From assembly GCA_048938025.1 (NCBI GenBank), contig JBHLMP010000020.1:1-57835 (forward strand): 57,835 bases of DNA. The letters are read 5' to 3'. The position numbers and the translations under genes are program-made. The notes under the pieces are model-generated. The model searched no databases, was not told where the DNA came from, and was given only the letters and a program-made list of their open reading frames with translations. Positions 29,875 to 39,834 of the stretch are shown piece after piece. This DNA is from Promethearchaeota archaeon (GTDB taxonomy: Archaea; Asgardarchaeota; Lokiarchaeia; Sigyniarchaeales; SOKP01). Numbering within the stretch: position 1 is the stretch's first letter; every line of letters begins with the position of its first letter.

Positions 29875-32800
29875 TTACTCAATCACTTCCATAGGTTTTC
29901 CGTGATGTTCTGGGATTGGCTGAGCACCACAAGATGCACCCATCCAACAGACTAACTGGTCACCTTCTCTATGCATAGGTTTTCCACAGTGCATCGGAAG
30001 TTCTTGTTCTACACCACATTCCACACATTTTAATTTACCCATTTTTCTATCATCCTCTTTATTATTTTTTCTTTCTTTAATTTTACTTTTAACAATTTCC
30101 ATGGTTTTCCCATGATGTTTTGGAATTGGCTGAGCATCACAGTTAGCACCCATCCAACATACTAATTGATCATCTTCTTTATGCATGGGTTTTCCACAAT
30201 GCTCTGGGAATTCCATTTCATAACCACACTCTGAACATTTTAAGATCTCTATTATTTCTTCGGATAAATCCTTTGATTCCTCTTGATTCTCTTTTTCGAT
30301 ATATTTCTCGGGATTATTTTTAAAATCTTTAATACAATTTTCACTGCAGAAATAATATTTTTTTCCATTGTATTTATGCTCAATCCACTCTTCTGCACGG
30401 CCCTTCATACCACAGACGGGATCAGTGACTAATTCTGAGGAATTCGCTTGTTGTTGCATCAGTTTCGGATCAATATTTTGAAAATTAGCATATTTTTCAG
30501 GATTTAATTTAAATTCTTTTTCACAAGCAACACTACAGAAATAATAATTCTTTCCTTTGAATTTATATTCAATCGATTGACTGGGAATAATTTCCATTCC
30601 ACATATAGGATCAATTACTCTCTGTTCAGTTAAGAGTTTCATTTCTTGGATCTGTTTTTCTGTTTTTGGTTCATATCTTTTCAAGAATAATGCATTCGTA
30701 ACAACTGAAACGGAGCTTGAAGCCATAAATATCGCAGCCAAGTATGGTGGAAGAAAATATCCTGTAAAGGCATATAATAAACCAGCTGCTAAAGGAATTC
30801 CAATAATATTGTAAATAAATGCCCAGAAAAGGTTAGTAATCATCTTTCTATATGTTTTCTGGGATAAATTGATTGCTGCAACAACATTTCTTAAATCTCC
30901 TCGCATAAGAACAATATCAGCTGTTTCAATAGCTACATCTGTTCCAGACCCAATTGCGATTCCAACGTTTGCTTGTGCTAATGCAGGAGCATCATTTATT
31001 CCATCACCGACCATAGCAACATATCTCTTTTCTACAGAATCTTGAAGTCTCTTGATCGTAAGTGCTTTCTCATTAGGTAATACTTCTGCTAATATATGAT
31101 TTTCATCAAAATTCAAATCCTTTCCAATACTTAACGCAGTTTGTTTATTATCACCAGTTAACATATATATTTCCAATCCACTCTCACGCAGCTTTTCAAG
31201 AGCGTAGGGAGCTTGATCTTTCACTTTATCAGCAATACCGATGATTCCTTTGATGTGATCATCAACACTTATTAATACTGTTGTATTTCCTTTTTCTTGG
31301 GATTCAATGAATTTCAAATTGAATTCATTAAAATCTATTTTATTTGCTAAGAACAATTTTTCATTGCCAATTAAAACTCGTTTACTATTTATTTTTGTTA
31401 TTAGCCCTTTTCCCGGTATTGCATCAAATTCACTAGGAGAAACTAATTTCAAACCCTCTTGATTTGCTTCTTCAATTATGGCTTGACCAAGAGGATGTTC
31501 AGAACCCATTTCGGCACTTCCCGCAAAATAAAGAACGTCTTTTTTACCTAATCCTTTTCCGATTAAATCCCTTTCAGAATAAATCACTGTTACCTTTGGT
31601 TTTCCAACAGTTAAAGTTCCTGTCTTATCAAAAACGATTGTATTGATATCATTTACAGCTTCTAAAGAGTCCCCTCCTTTCATAAGGATACCGTTTTCAG
31701 CACCTTTCCCCGTTCCAACCATAATTGCTGTGGGAATCGCTAACCCTAAAGCGCAAGGACAAGAAATTACAACTACAGATGTAAAAACTAATAGTGCAAT
31801 CTCAAAACCTAAATTGGCAATAAAATACCAATACAAAAATGCAAGAGTAGCGGTTATAATTACGATAGGTACAAAATAACTACTTACTTTATCTGCCAAA
31901 CGTTGTCTTGAACCCTTTCGAGCTTGTGCATCTTTAACAAAATCAATGATTTGAAAAAGAAGAGTATCTTTCCCGATTTTTTCGGTCATCATTTTGATTA
32001 ATCCCGTTTGATTAACAGTAGCACCTATAACAATATCATCCACCTCTTTTTTAACATACTTGCTTTCACCTGTTATCATAGATTCGTCGATTTTTGTTTT
32101 ACCTTCAAGAACTTTTCCATCTACGGGTACTTTTTCACCGGGTCTAACTAATAGTATATCACCGATCTCTATCTCTTCAATAGGAATTTCAATTTCTTTG
32201 TCATCTTTTAATAATGTTGCTGTTTTAGGTTGTAAACCAATAAGCTTCTTTATTGCCTCAGAAGCTTGTCCCTTTGTTTTATGTTCTAAATATTTTCCTA
32301 TCAAAATAAAGGCAAAAATCATACTCATTGCATCATAAAAAACTTCACCCGATATAAAAAACGTAGTCAGTACAGAATAAACATAGGCAGTTGTTGTTCC
32401 TAGCACAATCAGCACGTCCATATTTGTTGTTTTATTCTTAAGCGATTTATATGCTCCACCTAAGAAGAAAGAACCTGATAAAGCAAAGTTACCAGTTGCC
32501 AAAATAGTTAGTATTAAATTTCGAGTGAAAGTAGGAGGGACAACAAAATTAATAGGGGTGATAATAGCTGCAAATGCTAATGAAATTATGAGAAGGATTA
32601 AGCGATATCTCATTTCTTTTTTATGTTTTTCAATCTCCTTATCCACAGCACCAGCTACCTTCTCAATTTTGTATCCAAAATTCTTTACGAGTGAATAAAC
32701 TTCATTTTCACTTAATTTTAATTCATTAAATTCAATGAAAAATTTTAAAGCCTCAAAATTGCTCCTGACATTTTGTACACCATTAATTTGCCTAATTTTA

Positions 32801-33078
32801 TTTTCTAAGATATCAAACTCATTTTTTTGCAGAGAATCAATTACTTTAAGATCCATCTTAGCAAGTGATGCTTTATACCCTAAATTTCGTATTGCATCAT
32901 CAAAAACTTTATAATTTGCTACTTTAGGATTATATTCAACGGTTGCTTCTTCATTTGCAAAATTAACAACAGAACTTTCAACCCCTTCTAGCCCTTTTAA
33001 TTTCGTTTCTATTTTCAATGCACAAGAGGCACATGTCATACCACTAAGTTTGATTTTAATTTTTTCTTTTGATTCCAT
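29875..33078 (-). CDS. copA: Copper-translocating P1B-type ATPase with HMA, two YHS/TRASH domains and two extra Cys/His repeats
   Basis: [33 protein letters not shown] and MASSS motifs; DPICGM/DPVCGM...YYFCS. Confidence 0.95.
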   Translation of the reverse strand: MESKEKIKIKLSGMTCASCALKIETKLKGLEGVESSVVNFANEEATVEYNPKVANYKVFDDAIRNLGYKASLAKMDLKVIDSLQKNEFDILENKIRQINGVQNVRSNFEALKFFIEFNELKLSENEVYSLVKNFGYKIEKVAGAVDKEIEKHKKEMRYRLILLIISLAFAAIITPINFVVPPTFTRNLILTILATGNFALSGSFFLGGAYKSLKNKTTNMDVLIVLGTTTAYVYSVLTTFFISGEVFYDAMSMIFAFILIGKYLEHKTKGQASEAIKKLIGLQPKTATLLKDDKEIEIPIEEIEIGDILLVRPGEKVPVDGKVLEGKTKIDESMITGESKYVKKEVDDIVIGATVNQTGLIKMMTEKIGKDTLLFQIIDFVKDAQARKGSRQRLADKVSSYFVPIVIITATLAFLYWYFIANLGFEIALLVFTSVVVISCPCALGLAIPTAIMVGTGKGAENGILMKGGDSLEAVNDINTIVFDKTGTLTVGKPKVTVIYSERDLIGKGLGKKDVLYFAGSAEMGSEHPLGQAIIEEANQEGLKLVSPSEFDAIPGKGLITKINSKRVLIGNEKLFLANKIDFNEFNLKFIESQEKGNTTVLISVDDHIKGIIGIADKVKDQAPYALEKLRESGLEIYMLTGDNKQTALSIGKDLNFDENHILAEVLPNEKALTIKRLQDSVEKRYVAMVGDGINDAPALAQANVGIAIGSGTDVAIETADIVLMRGDLRNVVAAINLSQKTYRKMITNLFWAFIYNIIGIPLAAGLLYAFTGYFLPPYLAAIFMASSSVSVVTNALFLKRYEPKTEKQIQEMKLLTEQRVIDPICGMEIIPSQSIEYKFKGKNYYFCSVACEKEFKLNPEKYANFQNIDPKLMQQQANSSELVTDPVCGMKGRAEEWIEHKYNGKKYYFCSENCIKDFKNNPEKYIEKENQEESKDLSEEIIEILKCSECGYEMEFPEHCGKPMHKEDDQLVCWMGANCDAQPIPKHHGKTMEIVKSKIKERKNNKEDDRKMGKLKCVECGVEQELPMHCGKPMHREGDQLVCWMGASCGAQPIPEHHGKPMEVIE
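29878..30243 (-). repeat. Tandem ~50-aa Cys/His coding repeat at the CopA C-terminus
   Basis: LKCSECG...PEHCGKPMH...[21 protein letters not shown] and LKCVECG...PMHCGKPMH...[21 protein letters not shown]; similarity also visible in the DNA. Confidence 0.85.
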
Positions 33079-33216
33079 ATATATTTACCATATAGAAGTA
33101 ATCCTATTCATTAGAAATCAAATGAATTAAATATAACTATTGGTTATAAATTGTAAATAAAAGTAAAGATTTGGTAGATATTAATTGCTAAAAATTCTAA
33201 AAAAGTCTATATAATA

Positions 33217-33597
33217 TTATTTTTTCTTTTCATGATATTTTTTTATAGCATCCTTCAATCCGTCGGCTGCTAAATTGCTACAATGCAGCTTAATAGGAGG
33301 TAAACCATCCAATGAGTCAGCTACATTGTCTCGACTTATTTTCGACGCTTCATCAAGGTTTTTACCTTTAGCTAATTCTGTTATCATTGATGATGTTGCA
33401 ATAGCAGCAGCACAACCAAATGTTTGAAAAGAAATATCCTCAATGATCTCTTTTCCATCTTTTTCTTTCACTTTAATATAAATGAACATAAGATCTCCAC
33501 ATACAGGATTACCCACTTCACCTATAGCATCAGCGTCTTTCATTTCACCCATATTTCGTGGGTTTCTAAAGTGATCCATAACTTTTTCCGAATAAAT
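33217..33597 (-). CDS. iscU: Fe-S scaffold IscU/NifU-type (MisU); start extended to ATT at 33597
   Basis: YSEKVMDHFRNPRN, GNPVCGD, FGCAAAIA and KLHCSNLA motifs; AGGTGA 6 nt before ATT. Confidence 0.9.
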   Translation of the reverse strand: MYSEKVMDHFRNPRNMGEMKDADAIGEVGNPVCGDLMFIYIKVKEKDGKEIIEDISFQTFGCAAAIATSSMITELAKGKNLDEASKISRDNVADSLDGLPPIKLHCSNLAADGLKDAIKKYHEKKK

Positions 33598-33716
33598 AGC
33601 TAATCACCTAATAAAAACTGCTATTATATAATAATAAAGCTTCTTAGTTTAAAGTGTTAATGGTTGTTATCTAATAAGTTCAAACAGATAAATGTGGAAC
33701 ATTAATATGTTTAACA

Positions 33717-36032
33717 TTAATTTAAGATTAAGAGTTTTCTCTTAATTGGGATTGAAACTTTTTCTACACCCAAACTTTTTACATATTCTGCTGCTTCCTC
33801 TAATCTCTTAGGACTTTGATGGAAAAAGCAAACTTCCTTTGGCTCAAGGCTTTTTATCATTTCAGCCAACTGATTTTTATCAGCATGTAATTTAATTTTA
33901 AGTTGAGGAGCAAATGTATTTATTAATAATGCACGAAATGGCATTTTCCATGTTTCTGATAATTCAATTTCTTCATTTCCAGAAATTAAATCCATTCCCG
34001 GCTGTTCATGAATTGAACCTGCCAAAAACACAAGATTGTGAGGGTTACGTCCAATAATATTAATAATATTTCTAATAATACCATATGAAAGATCAGGAGG
34101 ATGTGAGATAATTATATTATTTTTCTCCCTTAAAAAATCTAAAGTATCATGATCAAACCATCGAAATTTAATGCTATTAAATGGATTTGCTTTATCACGA
34201 ATTAATCTTGAGATAGGACCATAAATATATTCATATCGATGATTAATAACCTGAATATTTTTCCTTACCATCATGTCTACATAAATATTAGGCCGTTTTT
34301 TGAAGCCACGTCTTAGTTGCAACTTCCTAAAATAGCGCCAAAATATCAACATGAAAGTAATTGCTAAACTCGAGGGGTCGGCGCCAATAAGGACATTATC
34401 TTCATATTCTGCTTTTTGTTCTAAAAATAGAATTAAACTGTGAAATTGATCGGAAATATTACCAAAATCTTCTCCTGCACTTGTTCCATCAATTAAAAGA
34501 TAATCAATCGGTCGAGAAATTTGTTCTAAAAATCTTCTAGTTCCTGCAAAGGGAGTTATATCATGATAGGTATAATCTCCTGTATATAAAAATCGAAAAT
34601 TGTTAACCTTTGCCAATAACATCAAAGCTCCTGGCATATGTCCTCCATGAAAGAAAGAAAGATAACAATTTTTTTCTTTAAAATCTATTTTATCACCATT
34701 TTCAACATAAATTACATTTCTTACAATATTTTTATATTCTTCTTCTTCAATTTCTTCATGAGTCTCCTGCTTTAAAAAGTTAGAATCCCGTAATAGAAAT
34801 AGATCTAATGTAATTCTTGAGCATAATATCGGAATATCTGGATTTAATTCAATCAATTTTTTAAGTCCTGAAATATGATCAAAATGACTATGTGAAATAA
34901 AAATTGCATCAATTTTTGGTTTGTATAATGAAGAATTTTGGATTATTTCATGTTCAGAGTTAATTTTCTCTTCTATTTTTTTTTCTTCTAGGATTAATTT
35001 TGGAAGGTTCTCAAGATATTCTTCAATATGTTTAAAGTCATCTACTTTTTTAGATACATCAATTTTTTCTTCTTCTTCACCTTCTTGAGAAACAGTTTCA
35101 TAAATTCCGCAATCTAATAAAATATTTAGGCTTCCTATCCCTAAAATATGACAATTATGATTTGGTTTAAGTACTATGGGATAAATAGTTACTCTAGTTT
35201 CGGTATGGTTATTCTGAGAAACTGATAAACCTTTAAAATAATATTGGTTATATCTTTTTTCAATTCTATCAATTGCTAATGAAATTTCACTAGGTCCGAC
35301 AGGAACTCCTGTTATATAAAAGTACCATCCATAATTTTTAACCAAATTTTCCAAATTTTCATACATCTTATCCCCAATAAGAGATTTTACAACAATAACT
35401 TTCTCTTTATTGTAATATATTAATTTTCTAATTGACTTCTTTTCTTTTAAAGGTATATCTTCATATTTATGAAAAAAATCTTCTAAGACTTCTTTAATGG
35501 GTGTTTGTGGAATATTTTCTGATTTAATTAGCTTAATATACTGGAAATATTCTTTAGTATAATACAATGAACGCATATTTTCTTTTTGTTTAATTGAAAA
35601 AACTAGATTTTCAAATTGAAAATTTTCTTTACTTATCGTGCTTTCTTGTTTAATCTCTTGTTTTACTCTTTTCTTTTTGGATTTTTCTTTCTCAGGTTCA
35701 GGTTTAGCTATAAAAAAAAACCAACCATAATCTTGAATGAGTTTATCTCTATTCCAAATAATATCCTTTCCAGATTTTGTAATAGTAATGATTATTCTAT
35801 CTTTTTGACAGTAGACAATTTTTTTTATTAACTTTTTTGACTTTTCAGAAATGTATTTATTTTTCAAAAAAAAATGATTTAAGACTTCAGAAATTAATTT
35901 CTGAGGAATTTTTCTATCTTCCATAAACTTAAGTTTTTGATTATATGACTTAATTTTATAGGAAGAATCAATATCTTCTTTTTTTTTAAGTATAATTTTT
36001 TTATCTAAAAATGAAAATTCCTCATTATTCAT
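33717..36032 (-). CDS. Divergent beta-CASP/MBL-fold ribonuclease with duplicated N-terminal domain
   Basis: LLDCG, ISHSHFDH, GHMPG, YTGD, LHAD and FFH motifs; two N-terminal repeats each ending YGW(F/Y)F.I. Confidence 0.8.
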   Translation of the reverse strand: MNNEEFSFLDKKIILKKKEDIDSSYKIKSYNQKLKFMEDRKIPQKLISEVLNHFFLKNKYISEKSKKLIKKIVYCQKDRIIITITKSGKDIIWNRDKLIQDYGWFFFIAKPEPEKEKSKKKRVKQEIKQESTISKENFQFENLVFSIKQKENMRSLYYTKEYFQYIKLIKSENIPQTPIKEVLEDFFHKYEDIPLKEKKSIRKLIYYNKEKVIVVKSLIGDKMYENLENLVKNYGWYFYITGVPVGPSEISLAIDRIEKRYNQYYFKGLSVSQNNHTETRVTIYPIVLKPNHNCHILGIGSLNILLDCGIYETVSQEGEEEEKIDVSKKVDDFKHIEEYLENLPKLILEEKKIEEKINSEHEIIQNSSLYKPKIDAIFISHSHFDHISGLKKLIELNPDIPILCSRITLDLFLLRDSNFLKQETHEEIEEEEYKNIVRNVIYVENGDKIDFKEKNCYLSFFHGGHMPGALMLLAKVNNFRFLYTGDYTYHDITPFAGTRRFLEQISRPIDYLLIDGTSAGEDFGNISDQFHSLILFLEQKAEYEDNVLIGADPSSLAITFMLIFWRYFRKLQLRRGFKKRPNIYVDMMVRKNIQVINHRYEYIYGPISRLIRDKANPFNSIKFRWFDHDTLDFLREKNNIIISHPPDLSYGIIRNIINIIGRNPHNLVFLAGSIHEQPGMDLISGNEEIELSETWKMPFRALLINTFAPQLKIKLHADKNQLAEMIKSLEPKEVCFFHQSPKRLEEAAEYVKSLGVEKVSIPIKRKLLILN

Positions 36033-36151
36033 TATTTAATCATATTTAACAATTAAAAAAATAGTTGCGATTTCTAACAAACTAGAAATATAATAAATTT
36101 AAATTTTATTCCGCTAAAACAACTCCGGGATGTCTAATCGTTCATCTTTCT

Positions 36152-36225
36152 GCGAATTTTAAAGAAAGTTCTTTCTTTAAATCAGCAAGTTTATTTTCAT
36201 TTAAAAATGGTTTTTAAATGTTCGC
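36152..36225. other. Intergenic double-hairpin / three-way-junction element
   Basis: GCGAA(36152-56)/TTCGC(36221-25) encloses perfect inverted repeats TTTAAAGAAAG-tt-CTTTCTTTAAA (36158-36181) and CATTTAAAAA-tgg-TTTTTAAATG (36198-36220). Confidence 0.55.
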
Positions 36226-36402
36226 TCCGTTTCCTTTTAATTAAAGTAATAATGGTGCTTCTTATTTATGATTTTGGTGTTTATTCCTTAATACTACTTA
36301 ATTTATTTTTTTTAAGAATCCCAAAAAATTTATTATCTTTCATTGATATTTCTTATAAGTAAATTGGTACAACTTTGAAATATTTTTATAGGAAATAAAT
36401 CT

Positions 36403-37038
36403 TCAGATTTTTTGTTCTTTCTCAATCTCTTGTTTTAACTCTGCGATTTCAAGATTTTTATGTTCAATACCTTGTTTTAATTTAATAAATTCATCCTCAA
36501 GTTGATTTAATTCTTTTGTAATTTTTTTAATTTCTTCTTCAGAAGCAATTGAATCCATAATTTCCAATTTTTCTCTTAAATCATTGATCATTTTTTCTTT
36601 AATTTGGATGGTTTCTTGCAAATCGTTTAGCTCCTCTTCTTTGGATATTATTTTGTGTAAAATTATCTCTTTTTTATCCATATCGATTAAATCTTCAATC
36701 CTAGTAATATATCTTCTTATAGCTGTTAATTTTAATTCTTTATCTTCTTCCTTTTTGAAAAATAAAGCGATATTACTATCTTCTCCAAGCTTTAAAACAA
36801 TAATAGAAATTTCATCAGTTTCAAAAATAAGTTTTTTATAATTATCAAAACTATAATTACAAATTTCATAAACTTTTTTAATATGATTTAAGAAATCTGC
36901 TAGATTTTCACCCAATTTGGGGATATTGATTTCTTGTTCAAAAGTAGTTTGAAAAATTGTTCCATTATTGTAGAACATTACAATGTGGATAACTTCTGGT
37001 AAAGCTGTTTTTATACGAGCTATATTTTTAAATACTAT
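36403..37038 (-). CDS. Roadblock/profilin-like N-terminal domain plus coiled coil; start probably ATA at 37038
   Basis: Frame stays open upstream of track ATG 36978 (VFKNIARIKTALPEVIHIVMFYNNG); AGGTGA at 37051-37046; heptad-rich tail. Confidence 0.6.
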   Translation of the reverse strand: MVFKNIARIKTALPEVIHIVMFYNNGTIFQTTFEQEINIPKLGENLADFLNHIKKVYEICNYSFDNYKKLIFETDEISIIVLKLGEDSNIALFFKKEEDKELKLTAIRRYITRIEDLIDMDKKEIILHKIISKEEELNDLQETIQIKEKMINDLREKLEIMDSIASEEEIKKITKELNQLEDEFIKLKQGIEHKNLEIAELKQEIEKEQKI

Positions 37039-37045
37039 TTTAATA

Positions 37046-38491
37046 TCACCTAATAATAATATTCCTAACTTTAATTAAAATACTTCCGATTCCTAATCTA
37101 ACTTTTTGAGAACCAAATTTGTGTAAACAATAGAATGTAATTATTACGCAAGTAATTATTCCAATAATAATAATACCAATTTGAAAATTAAATATTAAAG
37201 TGTAATAAATTGAAAGAATCATTAATTGATAATTAGTTGTAACAAAACCTAATTTAAAAAATGATTTAAAGCTAATAGGACGTTTATTTTGTTCAGCAAT
37301 GTTAACTACAAGAATATTATCCCCCAATGGAGTTAAATTATCACCCCAATTTGCTCCAAATGCCATACTATAAAAAATCTGTTTTCTATCAATTAATAAA
37401 GCGTTTTCTGTCATTTTATCTGCAACAGGAATTAATACTTTTGTAATTGGAATATTGTCAATACAACTACTTAAATATGCTGAGAACCATAGAATTAGTA
37501 ATAATTGTAAGAAAAGGTTGTTCCCCCCCAAATTTAACAAGGCATTTCCAATAGCACCAGTAACTCCAGTTATTTCAAGACCACCTACTATTATAAAAAT
37601 GCCTAATAAGTAGAACAATAATTCAAAATCTATTTTATATATTATTACTTTGGGATCTATTTTAGTAATTATAAGTAAAATAATAGCAATGGTTATAGCA
37701 ATAATATCTGCTGATATCAAGGAGGATGGTATTATTGCTAGTAGTGATAGTAAAATTATCAAAGCGGCTAATGATTCAACTAATAATCGTTTATTTTGAA
37801 CAACATTCCACACATTAAATTCTCTTAATACTCTTATACCTTCTTCAGGCATTATTAATTCATTTTTATAGATTAAGATAAAAAATAATATAGTAAATAT
37901 GAAAAGTACTATAGAAATTAATCCAACATTTATAAAAAACTCCAAAAATTCTATTCCTGCAAATGTTGTGATTAATATATTAGGTATAGAAGAAATAGAA
38001 AAAATAGTCCCTCCAATATTCACTAAAATTGCCTGTGTTAATATATAAGGAGATGGATTGATATTTAAAATTCTTGATACGGTAATTGTTAGGGGAATAA
38101 TTATAATGACCGTTAAAATGTTATTTAAGATTGCTGATATGAATACTGTTACACAACAAAATATTACCATTAAAAGGATGGGTTTTCCTCTTGATAATTT
38201 GATTAATTTTATTGCGATCAATTGGAAAGTACCTGCCTCGTGAGAAATGTGAACAACCATCATCATTCCAATAATTAAAATTAAGGAATGCAAATTCACA
38301 AAATCATCATCTTTAGAACTGAACATTAAATCAACAACTATTGAAAAATCGAAACCTTCTATAAATATCAGCACAAAATACGTAATTATTGCCGCTGTTA
38401 ATGAAGCAATTGCTCGATTTAATCGTTCACTGATAATAAGAATAATTATAACAATAAATGATATTAGGATTATTATTGCACTTACGAACAA
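37046..38491 (-). CDS. ArsB/NhaD/SLC13 (ion transporter superfamily) permease
   Basis: ISAILNNI, NIGGT..IS..PNI, SSCIDNIP and GANWGDNLTPLG...N motifs; 12 or more TM segments. Confidence 0.85.
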   Translation of the reverse strand: MFVSAIIILISFIVIIILIISERLNRAIASLTAAIITYFVLIFIEGFDFSIVVDLMFSSKDDDFVNLHSLILIIGMMMVVHISHEAGTFQLIAIKLIKLSRGKPILLMVIFCCVTVFISAILNNILTVIIIIPLTITVSRILNINPSPYILTQAILVNIGGTIFSISSIPNILITTFAGIEFLEFFINVGLISIVLFIFTILFFILIYKNELIMPEEGIRVLREFNVWNVVQNKRLLVESLAALIILLSLLAIIPSSLISADIIAITIAIILLIITKIDPKVIIYKIDFELLFYLLGIFIIVGGLEITGVTGAIGNALLNLGGNNLFLQLLLILWFSAYLSSCIDNIPITKVLIPVADKMTENALLIDRKQIFYSMAFGANWGDNLTPLGDNILVVNIAEQNKRPISFKSFFKLGFVTTNYQLMILSIYYTLIFNFQIGIIIIGIITCVIITFYCLHKFGSQKVRLGIGSILIKVRNIIIR

Positions 38492-38557
38492 ATTTGCTCA
38501 ACTTTCCTAATTCAACTGTAGTAAAATTTTAAAACTTACTTAAAATAATAATTTTAC

Positions 38558-38731
38558 TCAGTCATATATCTGATCCTTATTATCCCCTTCTAAACCATTG
38601 TACTCAAAATCCTTACTAATTTCATTGTCTTCCATATTATGTTCTTCTTCATTATTCACTTCGAACTCATCACCATATACTTCTGAGTTGATTTTCTTTT
38701 TTTTTTTGTTTTTCTTAGTATTTTTTTTCAT
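38558..38731 (-). CDS. Micro-protein (57 aa, not in ORF track), basic N-terminus and acidic C-terminus
   Basis: MKKNTKKNKKKKKINSEVYGDEFEVNNEEEHNMEDNEISKDFEYNGLEGDNKDQIYD*; GAGGCGG RBS-like sequence upstream. Confidence 0.6.
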   Translation of the reverse strand: MKKNTKKNKKKKKINSEVYGDEFEVNNEEEHNMEDNEISKDFEYNGLEGDNKDQIYD

Positions 38732-38918
38732 AATACCGCCTCATCAAAATAAGAATTGCTAGGTATTTTCGATTTTCCACCTCAGAAAGCACACATATTA
38801 TTACATTTAAAATATGTAATTGATATAGAAATAACTATTTCTAAAAAAACTCATTTCAATTTTTATCTTTTTACTGGAAGATTTTAAGGAATTTAGATTT
38901 TATAATTACATATTAAAT

Positions 38919-39053
38919 TTAATATTCTTCCCAGTCTTCATCCATGTCTTCCCAATCTTCCTCCTCATCTTCCTCCTCCTCGTCCCAATCATCCTCTTCC
39001 TCATCCTTTTTTTTCCCATAAGCATATTCCATTTCCATATTCTCCATCTCCAT
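38919..39053 (-). CDS. Highly acidic micro-protein (44 aa, not in ORF track) with three (D/E)DW(D/E) repeats
   Basis: MEMENMEMEYAYGKKKDEEEDDWDEEEEDEEEDWEDMDEDWEEY*; purine-rich codon-periodic island in AT-rich flanks. Confidence 0.65.
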   Translation of the reverse strand: MEMENMEMEYAYGKKKDEEEDDWDEEEEDEEEDWEDMDEDWEEY

Positions 39054-39834
39054 TAATATCTCAATTTAAATTAAATTAAAATATATATATTTTATCAATT
39101 ACGTAAAAAATCAAAATACATATTTAAATGTTTCTAATTTATATAATAATTGCTAAAAGTTAACTTATGAATAGAAATATGGTAAAATTTAAATAGAATT
39201 ATAAAAATTAACGATAATTAGTTTTCTCAATCCTTACAAATAATAAAATAATGCAGATATTCTTAGTCAAAAAATTCATGAAGTAGGTAGAAAATTAACA
39301 ATAACTCTTAAATTCTAAAAATTTTGTTTTATAATTTGAGAAAATACTAATTATAATAAATCTATAAATTTAATAATCTTTCTTTTGGATTTCTTGGATT
39401 AATTTAAAGAAAGCCTATTTATTTAAAAGTGAATTGATTCTATTTCAAATTTATAATTCAATCAATTAAATAAAAAGCAAAATGGCTTATAATTAAAACT
39501 TTTTAGTCCATAAAGTAATATTAGTTTTCATAAAATCTTCTTTATAATGAGAATTCCCAGTATAGAGCTCTTGAGTTATTTTTTATTAACAAGATGTATA
39601 GCGAAATATTTATAAATAAGTTAATGTATATATGTCATCAATATTCAAATTTAATTTATAAGAAAGAAAGTCAAATTTATATAAAATTAGAAAGGAAATA
39701 ATAAATTTAGCTAACGTAAAAGTTAAAAACTAAATAAGATTTTTAATAAAATAATAAAATATCAGAAGAAATATAAGATCATTTGACTCAAAATAAAAAT
39801 TAAATAAAATGAATAAGAAACTCAAAAAAAAAAG

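Noticed and set aside
39054-39834. Long intergenic gap as a hidden gene or RNA
   Set aside because: Very AT-rich, with no convincing ORF, GC-rich stem or repeat visible; most simply a divergent promoter region.
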